Of a DNA stretch of 32,389 nt, positions 10,727-21,892 are shown piece after piece. Made by a program: the position numbers and the translations under genes. Numbering within the stretch: position 1 is the stretch's first letter; each line of letters begins with the position of its first letter. This stretch comes from Octopus bimaculoides. Taxonomy: Eukaryota. The notes beneath the pieces are model-generated. The model did not search any database. It had not been told where the DNA came from and saw nothing but the letters and a program-made list of their open reading frames with translations. Location: the NCBI RefSeq assembly GCF_001194135.2, contig NC_068993.1:57914767-57947155 (forward strand), in the 5' to 3' direction.

Positions 10727-11055
10727 GGTTTTGTTCTAGTAAGTCGCACTCAAGAACGCTCCTTAATATTTTCTTTTGTTTTCTCATTACAAAGATTTTA
10801 TTTATTGCCCATCTGTAATCCCTTCTTCTTTTATTATAGAAGCGACCACAACCCTATTGGACTGGTAGGTTCTTCCTGCTTTCATTTCTTTGTAGTAAAA
10901 TATTTCCAAAGATTTATCACCATTGCCACGGAAAACAGTAGTTACAACAAAACCTCATCAACATTCACAGCCAGTCTTTTAAAAAAATCTACGTGTTTCA
11001 CCAACACAAGGAGAGTTGTAGGGAGACTCGGGTTATAGAGTACATATCCTGAAAT

Positions 11056-11145
11056 CGCGCTGGTGAGAATAATGTCGCGCTGGTAATATTTCAATATTGC
11101 CGCGCTGGTGAAAATAAAGACGTGCTGGTGATGCTTCAGTATTTC
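11056..11145. repeat. Diverged 45-bp tandem duplication, each unit with two CG(C/T)GCTGGT motifs
   Basis: Units 11056-11100 and 11101-11145 match at 36/45 positions with no indel. Confidence 0.9.
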
Positions 11146-11799
11146 ATGGAATAGACATCGTTGTACAGGCACGAAAATTTATTTTGTGGAAATACATCCC
11201 GTGTGAAAACAACCACCTACTTCGTCCCTTGCGGTAGACAACAAGCGCGGTAGATGTCAGATTAATCTCTGAACTCAAGACGAGAAACACTCTACAGCTC
11301 CAATTAAAAATGATAGCTTCATCTTCCTTCAACTATATACAGTTAGCTGAGTTCAGGGAGGAGAGGATGGTGGATGTGCCAAGAGATATATAAGTCTGAT
11401 GGCTGTTGATAGTTGAGCTGGTCAACGACGAAAACGAGGCAAAGATTTTCCATGTGAGCGTGTTGCGTCAAAGAATTGATCGAGATAGGCATGCGGCCAT
11501 TTCTCCAAACAAATCAGTGTCTCAAAGTTATCAACGAGATCATTGAGGTTTATAATTTGTGACAAGGGACAGCAAATGACTAAGACGCCACAAATGCAGT
11601 GCAGTAAATTACCTAAGAGACCTTAGAGATCTGAGAAAGAGGTAATGTTATATAGATTGATAATTAACGAGAAAAGATCGATTAGACGGAGAATTCTATC
11701 AATAGGATAGCTGACAGCGAACGAAAAAGGGGTCTTCGTCGCTGCGAATGCCTAAAGAACAACAAAAGTAGCTTACACGACAGCGTATTAACACAATAA

Positions 11800-12110
11800 A
11801 AACTACAGTATCTACAACAAAAGCAGCAACAACAACAGTCAAAACAATTGCGGAGACAGTAACAACCACAACGGCAGCCACATGAAAAAGAACGAACAAC
11901 ATTAATAGCAGCGGGAACAGCAGGAGCAGTTATAACACCAACAACAGGAAACCCTAAAATAGCAGCAACAACAAAGATATCCCACCACCACGTCAGTGTT
12001 CACTACGTCTGCTTTCTCTCTCACTAAAGTACAAACACACACATACGCACACACGAACACACACACGCAAGCAGGAACACGCACCAACACACACACACAC
12101 ACACAGATAC
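11800..12110. repeat. Degenerate (CAA/CAG)n and (CA)n low-complexity region
   Basis: Direct inspection. Confidence 0.85.
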
Positions 12111-12449
12111 GGGTAGACAGGCTTTTCTGCTATGCTGCACAACTATCTGATCCAAAGACCTCTTATATAAAAAAAGCCGTCGTCTCACGGCCTCTTATAA
12201 AGGAAGTAGGGACGACCTAAGCAGAAAGAAGGATGGTTTAATGGAGCAATAGATTCACACAACTATTAAAAAATAATTAGCATCAAAACTGAAACAACAA
12301 TCACCATCTTTGTAACTGCACCACACACAAAAAATAAAGAGAAAAAAAGAAACATGCAAGAAAACACAAATATACAATAAGCACAAAAAAAATTAAACAC
12401 TGAACGCAACAATATGTACAACACTAAAAACATCAGTAAACAAAAGAAC

Positions 12450-12657
12450 CTTTCTACTATAGGCACAACGCCCGAAATTTCTGGGGAGGAAGCCAGACAA
12501 TTAGATCGACTCCAGTACGCAACTGGTATGTAATGTATCGACCCTGAAAGGATGAAAGGCAAATTTGACCTTGGCGGAATTTGAACTCAGAACATAGCGA
12601 CGGGTGATATACCGCTAAGCATTTTGTCTACAGAGCTAACAACTCTGCCAGCTCGTC
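12450..12657 (-). mobile_element. Full-length family A tRNA-derived SINE
   Basis: On -: head gacgagctggcagag (A-box-like), gagttcaaattcc (B box), gcctttcatcctttc core, tail ...ttgtgcctatagtagaaag. Confidence 0.9.
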
Positions 12658-12870
12658 AAATTGACGTTGGAGAACGAAACACTGAATTGATAGGATGCAT
12701 ATTACAAAAGAATGATCCGAGGGGCGATAAAGTAATGTACTAGTTTATTAAAGGTTTTGATGGTATCATCTGATACCTTCCCTTCAATATTGCTAACCTT
12801 GTGCCTAAATCGGGATTATTATTGGTTTACTATCAATTCTAATACGGTGCAATGCAGTCAGGCATGAGAC

Positions 12871-12941
12871 GAAGACAAATGAAAGTATGGTGTTTTATCT
12901 CGTGTCGAGGACAAATAAAAATAAATATGGTGTTTTATCTC
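12871..12941. repeat. About 40-bp tandem duplication
   Basis: tatggtgttttatctc at 12886-12901 and 12926-12941, each preceded by ga(a/g)gacaaat(g/a)aaa. Confidence 0.9.
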
Positions 12942-13009
12942 TTCACCCTTCTCTCGTCCACTACATTTCATATTTTCCACTTTCTGTGCTTCTACTTCTG
13001 GCAAACATG

Positions 13010-13210
13010 ATGTAGTGGATGCTTTAGATCTTACTTAGGCATAATCAAGGAGGCTTATGATGAAGGACCTCACAATATTGACCCAGGCAATTATTAATTT
13101 CATGATGTTCTGCTTCCAGAGTACTTCATCCAATGCGTTCTTACCTCACTTATTTGTAAATATTTGGAAGTGTTGTGAGTATGCTTTGGCTGCTATTTCT
13201 AGCAGATCTA
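13010..13210 (-). mobile_element. Decayed family D repeat tail
   Basis: ggctgctatttctag (13188-13202) is the reverse complement of ctagaaacagcagcc (31878-31892) with one mismatch. Confidence 0.45.
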
Positions 13211-13290
13211 GAAATTACATGCATGGTCTCTGTGTAATAACTGGCTCTGTAGAACGACCAGATTGCAATTTCTAAAACTTGACCACAATA

Positions 13291-13840
13291 GGCGCAGGAA
13301 ACGCTTTACAAGCACTGGTATGGCCGAGTGGTTAAGGAGTTATCTTTGTTCCATGCGGTTTCGGATTCAGTCCCACTGCACAGCACATTAGGCAAGTGTT
13401 TTCAATCATTGTCCCGGGTCATCCAATGTATTTTGAGTGAGCTTGGCGGAAAGAAACTGTGTTGAATCTCATCGTTTATATGTGTATGCGTGTATATCTA
13501 TGTCTGTGTAATTTCTCATCACCACCACCACCATCACCATCACCACCATCACCAACACCAACACCACGACCACAACCACAACCACAACCACCACCATCAC
13601 CACCAACACCATCAACAACAATAGCAACAACCACGAAAGCACTTGTAAGCCGGTGTTGGTTTCTTTACGCCGTTGCAACTTAGCCATTCAGCGACAGATA
13701 TCGATAGAATCAGTGCAAAACTTGAAAAGGAGACAAACAACTGCTGGGGTCAATTTATTCGGTTAAAGCATTCAAGTTGGTGCCCCAGTATTGCCACAGT
13801 CCAATGACGGAAACAAGTTTAATTAAAAGCCAAAGATAAT
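13291..13840 (+). mobile_element. Full-length diverged family B SINE with an internal (CAC/CAT/CAA)n expansion
   Basis: Head ggcgcagg...tggccgagtgg (A box), ggattcagtccc (B-box-like); colinear with the reverse complement of 21295-21653. The internal simple-repeat zone is expanded at about 13520-13632. Confidence 0.8.
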
Positions 13841-14188
13841 AAACGATGTGAAAATTCTATAATGATATCTGCATATTGTGTGTTGGTCGATACCCGGACT
13901 AACCCTACCCAGACCATTGTTGTCCCTACTAAGGAAATCAAGGGTCATTGATAGCAATATATATATAGAAATAATTTGAAAAGAAGGCCGGAACAGAAAA
14001 ACGGAGCAGGATATGTTATATGTTATCATGTTTAGATTCTCGCAGTTTTAGAGAAATTTCCTGTTGGAGTTTAATTTGTGTTTTATTAATATTTGGAACC
14101 AATATCATATAATAGATATTATAGCATTGAAAAAAAAATGAAAAAAGCAAATATAAGTAAATTGCAAAGAGAGGCGATTGACGATACC

Positions 14189-14330
14189 AGCAGCAGCAGC
14201 AGCAGCAGCAGCAATAATAACAGTAGTAGCAGTAGTTATAGCAGCAACAACAGCAGTTATATTAGTATTAGCGTTGGTAGTAGTTGCAGCAACATTAGTA
14301 GTGGTAGTAGCAGTATCGGTAGGAATAGTA
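14189..14330. repeat. Compound (CAG)n/(TAG)n/(CAA)n repeat
   Basis: Direct inspection. Confidence 0.92.
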
Positions 14331-14577
14331 GATGAACAGGAAGAATAGGAAAAAAATAATATTAAATTAAAAATATCAAAGATTTCCTCATACAGATCGA
14401 TTCCTGATTTCCTCCGAATGTTAAGACATCATTATTGCTTCTATACAATAAGAACTCAAGTGCGTATGTACGTATATACAAATATATATGTCTGTATATA
14501 CATATATATATATATATATATATGTATGTATATACATGTATATGTGTTTCGTGACGTCCTGTGTCCACGTATATATA

Positions 14578-15537
14578 NNNNNNNNNNNNNNNNNNNNNNN
14601 NNNNNNNNNNNNNNNNNNNNNNNNNNNNNNNNNNNNNNNNNNNNNNNNNNNNNNNNNNNNNNNNNNNNNNNNNNNNNNNNNNNNNNNNNNNNNNNNNNNN
14701 NNNNNNNNNNNNNNNNNNNNNNNNNNNNNNNNNNNNNNNNNNNNNNNNNNNNNNNNNNNNNNNNNNNNNNNNNNNNNNNNNNNNNNNNNNNNNNNNNNNN
14801 NNNNNNNNNNNNNNNNNNNNNNNNNNNNNNNNNNNNNNNNNNNNNNNNNNNNNNNNNNNNNNNNNNNNNNNNNNNNNNNNNNNNNNNNNNNNNNNNNNNN
14901 NNNNNNNNNNNNNNNNNNNNNNNNNNNNNNNNNNNNNNNNNNNNNNNNNNNNNNNNNNNNNNNNNNNNNNNNNNNNNNNNNNNNNNNNNNNNNNNNNNNN
15001 NNNNNNNNNNNNNNNNNNNNNNNNNNNNNNNNNNNNNNNNNNNNNNNNNNNNNNNNNNNNNNNNNNNNNNNNNNNNNNNNNNNNNNNNNNNNNNNNNNNN
15101 NNNNNNNNNNNNNNNNNNNNNNNNNNNNNNNNNNNNNNNNNNNNNNNNNNNNNNNNNNNNNNNNNNNNNNNNNNNNNNNNNNNNNNNNNNNNNNNNNNNN
15201 NNNNNNNNNNNNNNNNNNNNNNNNNNNNNNNNNNNNNNNNNNNNNNNNNNNNNNNNNNNNNNNNNNNNNNNNNNNNNNNNNNNNNNNNNNNNNNNNNNNN
15301 NNNNNNNNNNNNNNNNNNNNNNNNNNNNNNNNNNNNNNNNNNNNNNNNNNNNNNNNNNNNNNNNNNNNNNNNNNNNNNNNNNNNNNNNNNNNNNNNNNNN
15401 NNNNNNNNNNNNNNNNNNNNNNNNNNNNNNNNNNNNNNNNNNNNNNNNNNNNNNNNNNNNNNNNNNNNNNNNNNNNNNNNNNNNNNNNNNNNNNNNNNNN
15501 NNNNNNNNNNNNNNNNNNNNNNNNNNNNNNNNNNNNN
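14578..15537. other. Assembly gap (960 N)
   Basis: Run of N. Confidence 0.99.
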
Positions 15538-15614
15538 ATACGCATACATATATACATAGACATATACACACATATTAACAGATTAATATATATATATATA
15601 TATATATATATTCT

Positions 15615-15845
15615 ATCGGTGTCTTTTTGCTGAAATGTAAGTGGATCAGAACGTAAGAAAACCAACACTGGTAGTCATGCAGTCTCATAAACAGACACAT
15701 ACACCTGACGGGCTTCTTTCAGTTTCCGTCTACCAAATCCACACACAAGGCTTTGGTCGGAACGGGGCTGTGGTAGAGGACTTGCTCAAAGTAGTACGCT
15801 ATAAGACTGAAGCCGGAGTCATGGTGTCGGTGTCGGGAAGCAATA
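15615..15845 (-). mobile_element. Family B SINE copy
   Basis: gacgggcttctttcagtttccgtctaccaaatccacacacaaggctttggtcgg is nearly identical to 21492-21545. Confidence 0.85.
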
Positions 15846-15873
15846 TCGCTACACCATATGTGTGCTTGTGTAC

Positions 15874-15908
<35 letters not shown>

Positions 15909-15924
15909 TTGACTGGCAAAATCA

Positions 15925-15985
15925 TTGCAACGTTTTCATCTAGTGTTTCATGTTCTGAGTTCAAATTCCACGGTGATTAACTTTC
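15925..15985 (+). mobile_element. Family A SINE head fragment
   Basis: gttctgagttcaaattcc B box, the reverse complement of 12575-12592. Confidence 0.55.
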
Positions 15986-16194
15986 GTAAATCCGAGCACA
16001 TTCCACGTACAGAGTACGGAATCCAATAATACTCATAATGCTCATCCGCCAAAATTGTGGTCTTGGGTCTATTTTTAAATGTGTGGCAAGCGTCTTACCA
16101 CACATTGACATATATGTGTGTCTGTGTGTATGGGCGTATGCATTATTTAATGTCTTGTGCCACGTTGGATCTCCATGAAAAGTGCATGAAATCT

Positions 16195-16305
16195 ACGTGT
16201 GTCTGTGGAGTGTTCAACCAGCTGCAGGTTGATCTCACGCGGAGGCTTTTCTTTTGATTGGATCAACTGGAACAACACTCGTCGTCGGAAACGACGGAGG
16301 GCCAG
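16195..16305 (+). mobile_element. Family C SINE 3' part
   Basis: acgtgtgtctgtggagtgttcaacca...gatcaactggaac...gacggagggcca matches the reverse complement of 5790-5895. Confidence 0.8.
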
Positions 16306-16329
16306 TTATATATATTTACATATATATAT

Positions 16330-17028
16330 NNNNNNNNNNNNNNNNNNNNNNNNNNNNNNNNNNNNNNNNNNNNNNNNNNNNNNNNNNNNNNNNNNNNNNN
16401 NNNNNNNNNNNNNNNNNNNNNNNNNNNNNNNNNNNNNNNNNNNNNNNNNNNNNNNNNNNNNNNNNNNNNNNNNNNNNNNNNNNNNNNNNNNNNNNNNNNN
16501 NNNNNNNNNNNNNNNNNNNNNNNNNNNNNNNNNNNNNNNNNNNNNNNNNNNNNNNNNNNNNNNNNNNNNNNNNNNNNNNNNNNNNNNNNNNNNNNNNNNN
16601 NNNNNNNNNNNNNNNNNNNNNNNNNNNNNNNNNNNNNNNNNNNNNNNNNNNNNNNNNNNNNNNNNNNNNNNNNNNNNNNNNNNNNNNNNNNNNNNNNNNN
16701 NNNNNNNNNNNNNNNNNNNNNNNNNNNNNNNNNNNNNNNNNNNNNNNNNNNNNNNNNNNNNNNNNNNNNNNNNNNNNNNNNNNNNNNNNNNNNNNNNNNN
16801 NNNNNNNNNNNNNNNNNNNNNNNNNNNNNNNNNNNNNNNNNNNNNNNNNNNNNNNNNNNNNNNNNNNNNNNNNNNNNNNNNNNNNNNNNNNNNNNNNNNN
16901 NNNNNNNNNNNNNNNNNNNNNNNNNNNNNNNNNNNNNNNNNNNNNNNNNNNNNNNNNNNNNNNNNNNNNNNNNNNNNNNNNNNNNNNNNNNNNNNNNNNN
17001 NNNNNNNNNNNNNNNNNNNNNNNNNNNN
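16330..17028. other. Assembly gap (699 N)
   Basis: Run of N. Confidence 0.99.
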
Positions 17029-17639
17029 TATATATATATATATATATATATTGCCATATGGCTATATTTGTAATTGCTAATAACGATGTCTTTTGTGCAG
17101 ATGATATGAGCGGTTCTTTGATTAATTCAGCGCTGGTTTAATGATGCTAATTATTCTTCACACCGAGGAGAGATGAAAAGCTACATCTTTTGTTAGGTGC
17201 TATAACAAACCAGATGTCTACGCGAAGCTGGATCGATTCTCTCAGCGGTACTTATCCCTATGCTTGTCGTCTTTTCATGTAGCAAGTAAAGGGAAATATA
17301 TTATAGGATAAAGAAAAAAATTAATAAGCATTAATACGAGAAAAGACGACTACGTCATCGTTAACAAAAGGAAAAGAGAGGGAAATGAAAGAAGACAAAA
17401 GGTCATAGCTTCACCTAGTCTCATGTTCAATAAGACTGTGCGGCACCGTGGGCAGGAGTGTTTGTTGTAGCCCCGATCCGAACAATGCCTTGTGTGTGAT
17501 TGGATTCGGTTGAGAGAAGCAATGTGGAAGTTCATCGTGTATATATATATATATATATAATATGAGTATATGCATATATATGTACATGTATGTACACATC
17601 TTCATCAACATGTATATATAGATGCATATCTGGGTACAT

Positions 17640-17757
17640 TACGTTGCGTAAAAAACATGGACAAAATGTTAAACAAGGTACAAAAAACACACAGGCCACA
17701 TAGAGAACATATACTTCATCAGCTGCCACCATTATATCACTGGCGTTTCGAAGAGTT
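17640..17757 (-). mobile_element. Possible Penelope-like element terminal fragment
   Basis: The - strand reads actcttcGAAACGccag...gtggcctgtgtg...gtacc...aacattttgtccatg, recalled as a recurrent octopus repeat with the GAAACG motif typical of Penelope-like termini. Recall only, no coding evidence. Confidence 0.4.
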
Positions 17758-17920
17758 TATATACATACATACACACATATATACATACATACATACATAC
17801 ATACTTACATACATACATACATATACAAAGATATATATGCATATACATATATGTATATGTATATATGTATATATATATATACATCCATATATATACAAAG
17901 ATGTATATGCATATAGTCCT

Positions 17921-18150
17921 TCTGCGCCCTTTTAAAGCCTAGTCGAGTTCATGGGCCCCGTTTCCCGGTTTCAATGGCGTATGTGTTCCCCAGCTGGACG
18001 GGACACCAGTCCATCGAAGCGTTACTCATTTTTGCCAGCTGAGTGGACTGGAGCAACGTGAAATGAAGTGTTTTGCACAAGAGCACAACCCATCGCCTGG
18101 TCCAGGAATCGAAACCACAGTCTTAAATGCTGCGAAGCCTCAGCCCTGAC
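17921..18150 (-). mobile_element. tRNA-derived SINE (family C-like head, different tail)
   Basis: B-box-like ggtttcgattcc on -, similar to the head at 6105-6120; body actcatttttgccagctgagtggactggagcaacgtgaaatgaagtg; GC-richer than the flanks. Confidence 0.85.
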
Positions 18151-18275
18151 AATGAGGTAAGTATTATACGTAAGACATATATAAAACATATATAAGACAT
18201 ATATATAAGACGATGTCACACGTATAACAATGCACATATTATTTTTGTTACAGTTTTGCTACCAGAATCACACTT

Positions 18276-18312
<37 letters not shown>

Positions 18313-18356
18313 TACACGGACATATACAGACATACATGCAGACACACATACACACA

Positions 18357-18599
18357 TACAGTAATCCCTTGCCATATCACGATTCACCTATTGTGGTTCA
18401 CCATATCGCGGTTTATTATTTAATCTTACGCCGATTCCTTTGTGGTATTGTTTTGAATTTATAATAAAATAAATATATACAAATAATAAAAAATCATAAC
18501 AAAAAATATACGGTACAGTACTGTTTCTACTTCGCAGATTCTCATTTATCGTGTGGTGTTTCGGAACGTAACACCCGCGACAGTCGTGGGCTCATAGTA
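18357..18599. mobile_element. Tigger/pogo-like MITE
   Basis: TA + CAGTAATCCCTTGCC at left; degenerate complementary end cccgcgacagtcgtgggctcatag + TA at right; the subterminal ttctacttcgcagatt...ttcggaacgtaac pattern is typical of pogo/Tigger MITEs. The right TIR is poorly conserved. Confidence 0.55.
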
Positions 18600-19189
18600 T
18601 ATTGTTGCTGTTTTCAGCTAAAGGCCATGATAATGTTCTTTGATTTTAAGTTTCTTTGACATAACCTCCTGAATCGTGCACACCCAACTAAATATCTCGA
18701 AATGAAATACGAATGTGCCGATCAACATCATCTCTCTCTTCCATAGCTCTTGGCACCTTTTCAAACTTTTCAACCGAATTTGACACTCATTGTCCAAAGC
18801 ACCGAAATTATTTTCTCTCTCCTTATTTCTTATAATACAAAATTTCGTTCCCGTTTGATGAAAGCCTTAAAACTTCGTGATGCTAACAACTACTATATTG
18901 TTTCGTTAAAAACATAGCTTCCTCTAGGTAAACGGCAGCTCACGAGGTAAATAATCACCAAGTGTCAATGTCCCGCAATGTCGAATGTGGTAAGCCTTTC
19001 ATATTCGTTTTCTGAGGTAAACTTGCGATCCATTCCCTACTTTAAAAGTTTAGATCAATGTTGCTCAATTCACATAGAGATAAATTCATAGCCCCGAGTA
19101 ACTATTGAGTCATCGTGCACTCGCGATTATTAAATATTTCGATCAAACGAACTATAATTAAACTGGCTTAGTTCATGTGCATCTTTCAA

Positions 19190-19410
19190 ACGTATATGTG
19201 TGTCTGTGTCTGTGTTTGTGTGTGCGTATGTAGGTGTGGGTATGTATATGCGTGTGCTATAGGTGTATACATATATATGTTTATATGTACATACATGTAT
19301 ATATATATATATATGTACATACATACATATATATGTGTATATATATGCATAAACACACACGTACACACACATATATATTTCTATATATATTTTATATGTA
19401 TGTATGTATG

Positions 19411-19445
<35 letters not shown>
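19190..19445. repeat. Compound TG/TA/TATG microsatellite
   Basis: Direct inspection. Confidence 0.95.
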
Positions 19446-19770
19446 NNNNNNNNNNNNNNNNNNNNNNNNNNNNNNNNNNNNNNNNNNNNNNNNNNNNNNN
19501 NNNNNNNNNNNNNNNNNNNNNNNNNNNNNNNNNNNNNNNNNNNNNNNNNNNNNNNNNNNNNNNNNNNNNNNNNNNNNNNNNNNNNNNNNNNNNNNNNNNN
19601 NNNNNNNNNNNNNNNNNNNNNNNNNNNNNNNNNNNNNNNNNNNNNNNNNNNNNNNNNNNNNNNNNNNNNNNNNNNNNNNNNNNNNNNNNNNNNNNNNNNN
19701 NNNNNNNNNNNNNNNNNNNNNNNNNNNNNNNNNNNNNNNNNNNNNNNNNNNNNNNNNNNNNNNNNNNNNN
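19446..19770. other. Assembly gap (325 N)
   Basis: Run of N. Confidence 0.99.
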
Positions 19771-21294
19771 GTCTACAGACGTAAATATATACATGTATAT
19801 ACATATGTATTTATTTAAATTATTTAATAAAGTTGTCTTTAACAGATAGCTAACAGTCTGTTGCATTGAATAAAAATTTCGAATTGACTCTTTGAAAATT
19901 TTTAATAAATAAAAACAGACACCAATCTGTCTGAGGTTGTTTTCTCCTTCGATAAATTCTTATAAATTCTTAAATGAATTCCTCACTGACCCAAGAACGG
20001 TGTATGATCAACGAAGCGGTATGTAACTCGGAGTGACTACAGGAAGTAATATGAAAACTATAAATACCTGTAATCTACTCTGGAACAGAGTATGGTTTCT
20101 TTTTGTTTGTATGTTCTGAGGTATGTACTCCCGGACGAAAAGTAAATCTGCCAAAAATGTCATTAGAAAGCTGACGCTTTCAAACGCACTATAAGTCGCA
20201 TTTCAGCAGTTTATTTGCTTCAATCGATGTTTCCACAACACGCTGTAAATAGAACGTTTGGAAGAATAGCTTATTTTACATTGAGGCATATACTGTTTTA
20301 TAAAGTAATACAAATTTCGAATCTTTCTAGCTTTACATTTTATTTATATTTTTAAAGCCACTCTATCAGTTAAAAGAGAAAAGATTAAAAAAAGCCAGGA
20401 GTGTTTTAAAAAATTGGCCGTCTAGAAAATTAATGTTAGGTTTGGTTTGAATTGTCCTTTATAATAAAAGTTTGACGAACGTATTTAAAATGTCAAGACG
20501 GGTAGTTTTAGATTTTCGTTTTTAAGTAGAAGTTAAGACATCTTTTTTGTTTTTTGTTGATAGTTAAGTCGAAAACTAAGCATAAATAAGACCAATTATA
20601 TTTCGGAGCAGTAGATTAGGATACAATTTTTTTTTTACTTTTATGATGTTAGATATACTATCAAATAAAAAGAAATCTTATGCAATTGATAGTGGATATT
20701 AAAATGCCAAATTCTTGTTCTTCGTGAAGCAGGCAAAACACTGACATTCACAAGTACTGGAAAGGAGTAAAATTGTTATTTCTCTGCTGGCCATTAAGCA
20801 AATGATGCACATATCCAGAAAACGACGAATTTTTGAAGCACAAAGGAAGGAATCTGTCAAACTGAGATTCGAAGTTCTCGATTAAAAGAGTAATTTTCAG
20901 CAGCTGCCAAGAAAGATTCGGACGGTTAAAAAGAAAATCGGTTCTCAGTGTACCGTTAAATTCATGTTGGAACATGCTGAGTTTTCCCTCTAAACGATAT
21001 GCTAAGTTGTCTTAATAACATATTTCAGATTATGGAGATGATGAGATATTCTTTTCTGAAGCACTGCAAAGACTTTGTAACATGGTTGAGGTGGAATTAG
21101 GGTGTGAGCTTCATTTACAAGTACGGTGTAGATGACATAAGGATTGAGAAGTTTATTGCACCCTTAGAGAACATGATGCAGTGGCAAAGATGATTACATC
21201 TCCGATTGAAATCAATATTCCACAAGAATTTTTATTTTAATGGTTAGAGAAGAACTCCGTAAATGTTACGTTCCGTTGAGTTCAAGTGATCTAG

Positions 21295-21653
21295 TACCGC
21301 CTATAGTCGACCAAATCGACCCCAGGACGTATTCTTTGTAAGCTTAGTACTTATTCTATCGGTCACTTTTGCCGAACCGCTAAGTTACGGGGACGTAAAC
21401 ACACCAGCATCGGTTTTCAAGCGATGTTGGCGGGGAAACAAACACAGACACACAAACACACACATATATAAATATACATATACATATATACGACGGGCTT
21501 CTTTCAGTTTCCGTGTACGAAATCCACTCACAAGGTTTTTGTCAGCCCGAGGCTATAGAAGAAGACACTTGCCCAAGGTGCCACGCAGTGGTTCTGAACC
21601 CGGAACCATGTGGTTGGTAAGCAAGCTACTTACCACACAGCCACTCCTGTGCC
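21295..21653 (-). mobile_element. Well-preserved family B tRNA-derived SINE
   Basis: The - strand head ggcacaggagtggctgtgtggtaag (A box), gggttcagaacc (B-box-like); the body aligns with 13291-13840 and 15615-15845. Confidence 0.92.
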
Positions 21654-21859
21654 TATATACATATATATATATAAACACGCATATAATTATATCCATATTA
21701 AATTATTCCCACACGTTTCTTATTACTTTTTCTATTTTTATCCACACACTTATAAACAGTTTCATATATTATTATTATTATCATCATCAGAGAAGAGAGA
21801 ATTATTGTAATCATGATCATCATCATCATTATCATCATAATTATCCTCATTACTTCGAC

Positions 21860-21888
<29 letters not shown>

Positions 21889-21892
<4 letters not shown>

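Noticed and set aside
11056-11145. CRISPR-like repeat/spacer pattern of CGCGCTGGT
   Set aside because: The repeats are only 9 bp, the spacers are related to each other (45-bp duplication), the context is eukaryotic and there are no cas genes.
10732-11765. Solo LTR with TG...CA ends
   Set aside because: No matching 4-6-bp TSD could be paired with any candidate right end.
13895-13910. Telomere-like ctaaccctaccc
   Set aside because: Only about two imperfect units.
17700-17757. Permuted hammerhead ribozyme (GAAAC...CTGATGA on -)
   Set aside because: No stem II pairing and the only candidate cleavage triplets are GUG, which is not a valid NUH site.
18930-18992. Acceptor (ttcctctAG) and strong donor (GTG|gtaagc) pair
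   Set aside because: All three frames between them contain stops; at best a non-coding exon with no support.
19910-20025. Short frame (TDTNLSEVVFSFDKFLNEFLTDPRTVYDQRSG) apparently broken by a 10-bp duplication ataaattctt
   Set aside because: Only about 35 codons after repair, bounded by stops; not distinguishable from chance.
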